DNA from: Escherichia phage Ptacy1537
Reading direction: 5' to 3' (one strand)
Sequence record: PQ863254.1
Length of the DNA: 43,020 nucleotides
Shown: in pieces, positions 38,501 to 43,020 of the stretch
Layout of the letters: each line of letters begins with the position of its first letter
How positions within the stretch are numbered: position 1 is the first letter of the stretch
Notes under the pieces: generated by a model
Told to the model about the DNA's origin: nothing
What the model saw: the letters and a program-made list of their open reading frames with translations, nothing else
Database searches by the model: none
Position numbers and translations under genes: made by a program

Positions 38501-39358
38501 TCAATCCTCCGCCGCTCGGCTGCTGCTGCACGATTCACCAACACCCTCAGCTTCGCTAACGCCATCAGCCGCTCTATAGGCACCGCTGTGACACGCACGA
38601 CCAACAAGTCACTGCACAAGTACCTGCGCACCGGTAAGGGCATCAGTGATGCGCGTATGGTGGATGCAGGCATGTCGGCGAAGCTGCGTCAGCGTATTAA
38701 GGCGCAGTTCGACGCCCACGGCGGCAAGAATGACTTCGGCCTGGATAAGTGGACAGACCCGTATGCGAAGGAGAGCTTCATCTCAATCGCACACCGCTTC
38801 ACTAACCAGAACCGCATCGACCACCAATCAGCAGGAGAACTTCCGAAGTGGACCAGAGACAACATGCTCGGCGTTCTATTTGGCCGTTTCCGTACAATTG
38901 GGATTCGAGCCCAGGAGAAACTTCTTGTCCGAAATTTAACGATGGCAGACAGCAACACCCTGGCAATGTTAACCGCTGGGTTGGCTTTCACTACCTTCCT
39001 GGCATACGGTCGTATCTACTTAGACGCTGCCACCTCGAAGGATGGTGCGAAGGTACTGAAAGACCGTCTTACGCCGATGGGCGTGGCAAATACAGTGACC
39101 CGTCTGTCATCGGTAACTGGCCTAGCCTCGGAGGGTCTTGGCCTGCTGGACTTGATGACTGGTGGCGGAGTCAAGGGCGGCGGTGATACACCGCTTACTG
39201 GAGCTATCGGAAACATTACAGGTGCCCTCGGCGCTACTGGTTCGGCGCTTACCGGTAACGGTGAGTGGTCCCAGGCGGGTGCGGCTTCCTTCAAGTTGCT
39301 TCCCGGTGCAAACACTTATCTTCTGATGGGATTGCAGAAATCTATCAGTGACGACTAA
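35531..39358 (+). CDS. Internal virion protein with N-terminal lytic transglycosylase (SLT) domain (T7 gp16-like)
   Basis: 1275 aa. N-terminal region with LLIENRNN...GARGIGQIMPATAQGLGY...MMAHYNGG matches the SLT/goose-lysozyme-like fold signature, as in T7 gp16. Confidence 0.75.
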   Translation: MAEFKVALDKSTPYDEMARATEEKYGLPEGLLKTTLLIENRNNIKNRVSPKGARGIGQIMPATAQGLGYKPEDADDPVKSIEMMGKLYSELNKTYDGDVGAMMAHYNGGTAAGSAYVEGKGLNPETADYIKYAAPYLEQTGKPSKYQTQLQGAMDETLLGEAPSDTAIFNETEGDEAFGQDLSAKFEKQLQDEAQFFNMSLWEAAKTGFRSTMTDAIAHAYSREDDIDFNLSQSHFDRIQQEFPNGLDQSSTDRLYNSRSDSDFEFNLGRVRDSQKFAQTLGFQSGLDKYAGYAATFAGGLADPAALPAGTFGLAGRVIKGGSIAASASRMAVEGAVGGAIVSPVTQFADKGTVSAEELMENMAASAVMSTAIGGILSRVGNPKGWREEVDSSVTGRVDGNPDFVGPQRPKPVDSDGDAVDFRNATDTSVSTDGAVSGVGPTAVKRAAAEWNETPEIGTEAIQARRQKYYGSKWREKIFGWSDSEGVRLATSKSKIARFVGAMWAGNSGAIGKVEARTAAVLKDQLKEQLDFTYIPAMKEIYEGYLTPGQKYDYMAGGSKDAQQAFSREVQLERYRHREYRMQNENSSKGYQSTAPAAIQRAAKLLDDHYADTKAMHMQAQTEHAAQLKDSDPIGYIEQRPDFVKLQSSDTATRKAFLEMVKDDYRAEAQAKINKMRGEREAWITQAYKRAEQALDGQKGEGKPANPLWVDEFLKNPDAYFDKHISQLSKKIAAEMDKRASHWWDNALSDPETRYQNSEASLLSLAREMSDEWFTGREVDAELVKSFQQALTSKWADTSRRELRMTNSRQVNGEQVYLLDMFQHDVFGTMSNNIADTAGRVAMAKMGWKTEQDIADTLSAMREEGVPTRELEAAKHISDLILNRARGLDNNPLVMAASNITHAAMMGKLGTSILADLPTIIGNLGIGGMTRALGDMAKQVVNGELFVKNGRKTALGNDLDAYLTGLNGHDHELWIPQQINADGQAMDMSGSILRRSAAAARFTNTLSFANAISRSIGTAVTRTTNKSLHKYLRTGKGISDARMVDAGMSAKLRQRIKAQFDAHGGKNDFGLDKWTDPYAKESFISIAHRFTNQNRIDHQSAGELPKWTRDNMLGVLFGRFRTIGIRAQEKLLVRNLTMADSNTLAMLTAGLAFTTFLAYGRIYLDAATSKDGAKVLKDRLTPMGVANTVTRLSSVTGLASEGLGLLDLMTGGGVKGGGDTPLTGAIGNITGALGATGSALTGNGEWSQAGAASFKLLPGANTYLLMGLQKSISDD

Positions 39359-39375
39359 TATATAGCCAGGGAAGG

Positions 39376-39400
39376 CTGATTCGTCATACTCTAAGAACAC
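39376..39400 (+). promoter_or_regulatory. Candidate phage RNA polymerase promoter (copy 3) upstream of the tail fibre gene
   Basis: CTGATTCGTCATACTCTAAGAACAC, 25 nt upstream of the tail fibre ATG. Confidence 0.65.
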
Positions 39401-39424
39401 TACACGAACCAATGAGGCTCCGCG

Positions 39425-41680
39425 ATGGACAAGTCTACCCTTGAATGGATGACGTCGGATTCTACAGAACCAGATTACCTTACTATGGTTACGTACACTG
39501 CCGACGGCACTACGGACCAATACGAGTTTAACTTCCCAGGTGGCTACCTGAACAAGGCGGACATTAAAGCGTACATGTTCGACCCAGCAGGCGTTGTCCG
39601 TACGGACCTTACTGTAGCGTTCATTGCTGACAACATTGTTAAGCTGACCCCGGAACAGGCGGCCGGTAACTTAGTCACCATCTACCGCGACACTCCAAAA
39701 GAGCTGCCGCTGGTTAGCTTTACCGACGGCGCTATGATTGAGGCTCGCAACCTTGACCGTAACGCAAAGCAGTGTATCTTCGCCGTCGCTGAAATCCTGG
39801 ACAAGTACAATATCGTGTACAGCCAGGTAGAGCTGGCGGAGCGATATGCAACTATTGCCCGAGACGCGGCGGATACCGCAACAACCCAGGCCGAGTTCGT
39901 CGCCTACATTTACGAGCGGTTTAAGATTACCGACGAGATGATGGCGGAGATTAACCGTGCACGTGATGACGCGCAGTTTGCAGCAGGCCGGTCCGAGCAG
40001 GCCCAAGACGCCGCTGAGCGTGCGCGTGATGCAACGGAAGCTCTGGCCACAAGTGCTGGAATCTTCCAGTCTATTGCAGCGGGCCTTGCAGGCACCTCCA
40101 CCGGCCAATACTTCACGGTAGGGCAGGGTGTGGATTCCGAGACGGCTGCCATCACGTACCTGAACGACAACGGTACGGCTGTGCCTGTATTCAAGACGGC
40201 GGGTACTCAGGCGTATGTAAACCTGAATAAGAGGTTTATGGACGTATTCCTGGAAGGCACCTACGGTAACGCACTCGCCGGTTTCGTGGATGACGAGGAC
40301 AACTCGCCGCTGTTTATCGACGACAAGGGCGAGGTCGTAATCAATGACATCAACTTCCTGAAACAGGTGCAGGACATCATTAACGAATTGGTAGCAATTC
40401 GTAACGTGTTCATCTCTGAATCAGACAGCTACATCCAGAAGGGTGGATTCATGGATGATGAAGGCAAGCTGCCTATCTACTTCGACGAGAAGGGTGATGT
40501 GTGGCTGGGAGATGGCCCGGTTAACCTGACTCAGTTCGTAAAAGAGGGCGACCCCGTTCTGGCTAACCGCGTGCTGGCTTTAGAAACTCAGTATGCACGC
40601 CTGAATGATAAGTTCTTCGAGGCGGATTCAGACTACAGCCAGGTAGCAGGCTTCGTTGATGATGAAGGCAAGCTGCCCCTGTATGTGGACAAGTTTGGTG
40701 ATGTTTGGATTGGCGCAGGTCCGGTTAACCTTAGCGAGTTCGTTAAGAGCGGCGGCGGCATTCCTTCTGAAGAGTTCACTGCATTGAAGGCGCAGGTGGC
40801 CAACCACGAGCGTGCCATCTATGGAACGGGCAACATCGTCTGCGAAGGCGATTCCCTGACTGCCGGTGCCGGTGCGGTATCCCGTACTGGTTATGTAGAG
40901 CGCCTTCGTGCCCGCCTACAGTCCCAGGGCATTGTGGTGACTAAGCGTGCAGTCGGAGGCACGGGCTCTGCATCCATCGCAACCCGACAGGGTGGTTATG
41001 TTAACCTGCTGACGCTGGAGAATAACAGCATCCCAGCTGCCCGCGTCCCGGTTAATATCCTGTCCAGTACGCAAACACCAATCACCAACCAAGGCGGTGG
41101 CCCTATCAAGGGTACTATAATGGGTATTCCTGGTGTAGTTGCTGCTACCTTCTCGGGAACTGAGCGTACCTCCTACACCTTCACTCGCGACGTGGCAGGC
41201 ACCGTGGCCACCTACGTGGACCCGGAGACCCCGTTCATCAAACAGCGGGATGGTATGGAGGGCGACATCGCTATCCTGTGGCCGGGCCGCAACGACACAT
41301 GGCGCACCGATATGGGTGACGAGGTAATGAATGCGGTTGACGCGATGGTGGCTCACCTGGTATCCCAGCGTAAGCAGTTCGTCGTAATGTCCGTGCTCAA
41401 CGGTGAGTATGTTAACGAGTACAAAGGCGGGCCAGTATACGACCGCATCCTGGGCTATAACAACCGCCTCAAGTATAAGTACCCGGAGCAGTATTGCGAG
41501 ATTCGTAATGTCCTGGTACGTGCATACGACCCAAGCAAACCGCAGGACGTGCTAGACTTCCAGCATGATATCCCACCAGCCAGCCTGCGTGCGGACGGCA
41601 TTCACCTGCTGGACCCTGGCTACGACATCGTTGAAGAGACTGTGTATACCCATCTCAAGAACAGAGGATTAGTTAAATAA
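39425..41680 (+). CDS. Tail fibre protein: T7 gp17-like N-terminal adaptor domain, three internal repeats, C-terminal SGNH/GDSL hydrolase domain
   Basis: N-terminus (LVSFTDGAMIEARNLD) parallels T7 gp17 (LVDFTDGSILRAYDLN). Three 68-aa repeats (GF(V/M)DDEGKLP...GDVW(I/L)G.GPVNL..FVK). C-terminal IVCEGDSLTAGAG ... DGIHL matches the SGNH esterase catalytic Ser block and Asp-x-x-His block. Confidence 0.75.
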   Translation: MDKSTLEWMTSDSTEPDYLTMVTYTADGTTDQYEFNFPGGYLNKADIKAYMFDPAGVVRTDLTVAFIADNIVKLTPEQAAGNLVTIYRDTPKELPLVSFTDGAMIEARNLDRNAKQCIFAVAEILDKYNIVYSQVELAERYATIARDAADTATTQAEFVAYIYERFKITDEMMAEINRARDDAQFAAGRSEQAQDAAERARDATEALATSAGIFQSIAAGLAGTSTGQYFTVGQGVDSETAAITYLNDNGTAVPVFKTAGTQAYVNLNKRFMDVFLEGTYGNALAGFVDDEDNSPLFIDDKGEVVINDINFLKQVQDIINELVAIRNVFISESDSYIQKGGFMDDEGKLPIYFDEKGDVWLGDGPVNLTQFVKEGDPVLANRVLALETQYARLNDKFFEADSDYSQVAGFVDDEGKLPLYVDKFGDVWIGAGPVNLSEFVKSGGGIPSEEFTALKAQVANHERAIYGTGNIVCEGDSLTAGAGAVSRTGYVERLRARLQSQGIVVTKRAVGGTGSASIATRQGGYVNLLTLENNSIPAARVPVNILSSTQTPITNQGGGPIKGTIMGIPGVVAATFSGTERTSYTFTRDVAGTVATYVDPETPFIKQRDGMEGDIAILWPGRNDTWRTDMGDEVMNAVDAMVAHLVSQRKQFVVMSVLNGEYVNEYKGGPVYDRILGYNNRLKYKYPEQYCEIRNVLVRAYDPSKPQDVLDFQHDIPPASLRADGIHLLDPGYDIVEETVYTHLKNRGLVK

Positions 41681-42453
41681 TGGGCAATTTCATCAAGATT
41701 GGCACCACCCTGACCAACCCGAACATCACCAAGCTGACTCGGGATTCACTCATTGATGCCAACACCGTATTTATTGCGGACCTGAGCCGCAAGGCATCCA
41801 ACCCGGCGCAGGTGGACCTGTCCAACGGCAATCTTCTGTATAACCTGACTAACGGTGGCCTAAACGCCACCACCATCACGGGCACTAAGATTCCGTTCTC
41901 TGCGGCGGGTAAATATCTCACCAAAGAGGTTGGCGATATCTCGTCCCGTATCCAGCTGCCGGACACCTGTAAGGTGCTCGCTACCGACAACAGCTTCCAG
42001 TTTACCCTGTGGTTTACTGAGCTGGCCGGACAGGATACTACGGGCTCTCAGGGTCTGGCAGGATACGCATCAAACTCCAGCAACCAGATGGCCTTCGCGT
42101 TCTACTGGTTCGATGGCCAGTATTTCCTGGGTTGTGCGGGGAACCGGCACCCAATCGCAACACCTGCTGTAGGCGCAGTAAGCCAGTTGACGGTGGCCTG
42201 TGACCGTAATCTGGGAATCCGTAAGTATTACTACAACGGGGCCCTAGTGCGTTCTGAGACCAATCAGGTTATCAATGATATGCCTATTCCGGTAGCTGGT
42301 TCTAACCCGTGGCTGTTCTACCTGGGCGGTGGCTTCAACTCCCGCCGCAACGTTAAGCTGCACCGTGTATGGTTGGATGTAAACGGCCCCGGCGATAACT
42401 TTGACGCCAAAGTAGTTCGCGACTGGAACGAGAACAAACTTAAATTCGTATAA
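41680..42453 (+). CDS. Hypothetical tail-associated protein (possible lectin-like or receptor-binding accessory protein)
   Basis: 257-aa ORF, TAATG-coupled to the tail fibre gene. Composition suggests a beta-rich fold. No firm domain call. Confidence 0.5.
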   Translation: MGNFIKIGTTLTNPNITKLTRDSLIDANTVFIADLSRKASNPAQVDLSNGNLLYNLTNGGLNATTITGTKIPFSAAGKYLTKEVGDISSRIQLPDTCKVLATDNSFQFTLWFTELAGQDTTGSQGLAGYASNSSNQMAFAFYWFDGQYFLGCAGNRHPIATPAVGAVSQLTVACDRNLGIRKYYYNGALVRSETNQVINDMPIPVAGSNPWLFYLGGGFNSRRNVKLHRVWLDVNGPGDNFDAKVVRDWNENKLKFV

Positions 42454-42459
42454 GGACCT

Positions 42460-42648
42460 GTGATGTGGCTGATTGATGACCTCCTGGACCGGGCGGGGCC
42501 CCTTCCGGGGGTCACGGTATCCGGTGTTACTCTGTTAGGGCTTAACCTACAGACTACGGTGTATGTTCTTACTATCGTATACCTGGTACTGCAAATTGGC
42601 CGCTTTATTTGGAAGTGGCTTGACGAATGGAGAGGTAAAGATGACTGA
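42460..42648 (+). CDS. Putative holin (pinholin candidate)
   Basis: 62 aa. Hydrophobic segment VTLLGLNLQTTVYVLTIVYLVLQIGRFIW followed by a charged C-terminus. Lies just before small terminase, as T7 gp17.5 does. Confidence 0.5.
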   Translation: MMWLIDDLLDRAGPLPGVTVSGVTLLGLNLQTTVYVLTIVYLVLQIGRFIWKWLDEWRGKDD

Positions 42649-43020
42649 CTTCGAAGACGACCTGCCTGAGAAGTCCCCGGACGAGCTCGACAAGATTGCT
42701 GAACAGGAGAAGAAGGATGCTGAGTTCCTCGAAAGACTGTCCAACATGTCTAACGAAGAGTTAGCCAAGCTCCTCCTGAATAATTCCCTGAAGCAGCTCC
42801 TGGTTACTATAAACAAGGGCTGGGCCACTGCGTCGGATATAAACACCGCCCGACAGTTTCTCAAGGACAACAACATCGGCATTGTACCTACCCGCAGTAA
42901 TGCTGCTGGGGCCCTCCAGAAGAAGCTCAAAGAACGTGCAGATGCTGCAAAGGACGGGGCACACCATAACGTTGCTGACCTCGACAACGTGGGTATCGAT
43001 GACTTTATTCAGAGGCACTA
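42641..43020 (+). CDS. Terminase small subunit (T7 gp18-like), 3'-truncated at the window end
   Basis: ATG at 42641 opens a frame with no stop before the window end. The pattern resembles the remembered T7 gp18. Probably continues across the circular junction towards position 1. Confidence 0.5.
   Translation, partial: MTDFEDDLPEKSPDELDKIAEQEKKDAEFLERLSNMSNEELAKLLLNNSLKQLLVTINKGWATASDINTARQFLKDNNIGIVPTRSNAAGALQKKLKERADAAKDGAHHNVADLDNVGIDDFIQRH

Noticed and set aside
1-43020. CRISPR arrays, integrase, transposase or other mobile elements, tRNA or rRNA genes
   Set aside because: No regularly spaced direct repeats with unique spacers, no recombinase or transposase-like ORFs, and no credible tRNA structure were seen. 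The genome looks strictly lytic.

Overview
This 43,020-bp window reads as an essentially complete genome of a lytic T7-like podovirus (Autographiviridae-like) with moderately high GC, opened at the large terminase gene. All supported genes are on the + strand. The order is: large terminase, a Big_2 Ig-like protein, SAR endolysin and Rz/Rz1 spanins, then a ~1.25-kb non-coding region with repeats and hairpins that probably holds the physical genome ends. After that come a sigma70-like promoter, about 13 small early ORFs, and the replication module (primase-like protein, DnaB-like helicase, DNA ligase, a CCA-adding-enzyme-like nucleotidyltransferase, family A DNA polymerase, FEN-like exonuclease, endonuclease VII-like protein). 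A metallophosphoesterase / Pnk-like phosphatase / P-loop kinase trio precedes the single-subunit RNA polymerase, which sits mid-genome next to the structural genes (portal, scaffold, capsid, tail tubular A and B, internal virion proteins, tail fibre, holin, small terminase truncated at the window end). The main things worth a second look are: a strand-specific over-represented motif (GCACTCGC, nine + strand copies), a candidate nucleic-acid end-processing gene set, an in-frame TGA inside the tail tubular protein A gene at a perfect 17-bp tandem repeat, three copies of a 25-nt phage promoter consensus, and a tail fibre carrying an SGNH esterase domain. Every functional call rests on motifs recognised by eye and comparison with remembered family sequences; no database search was run.
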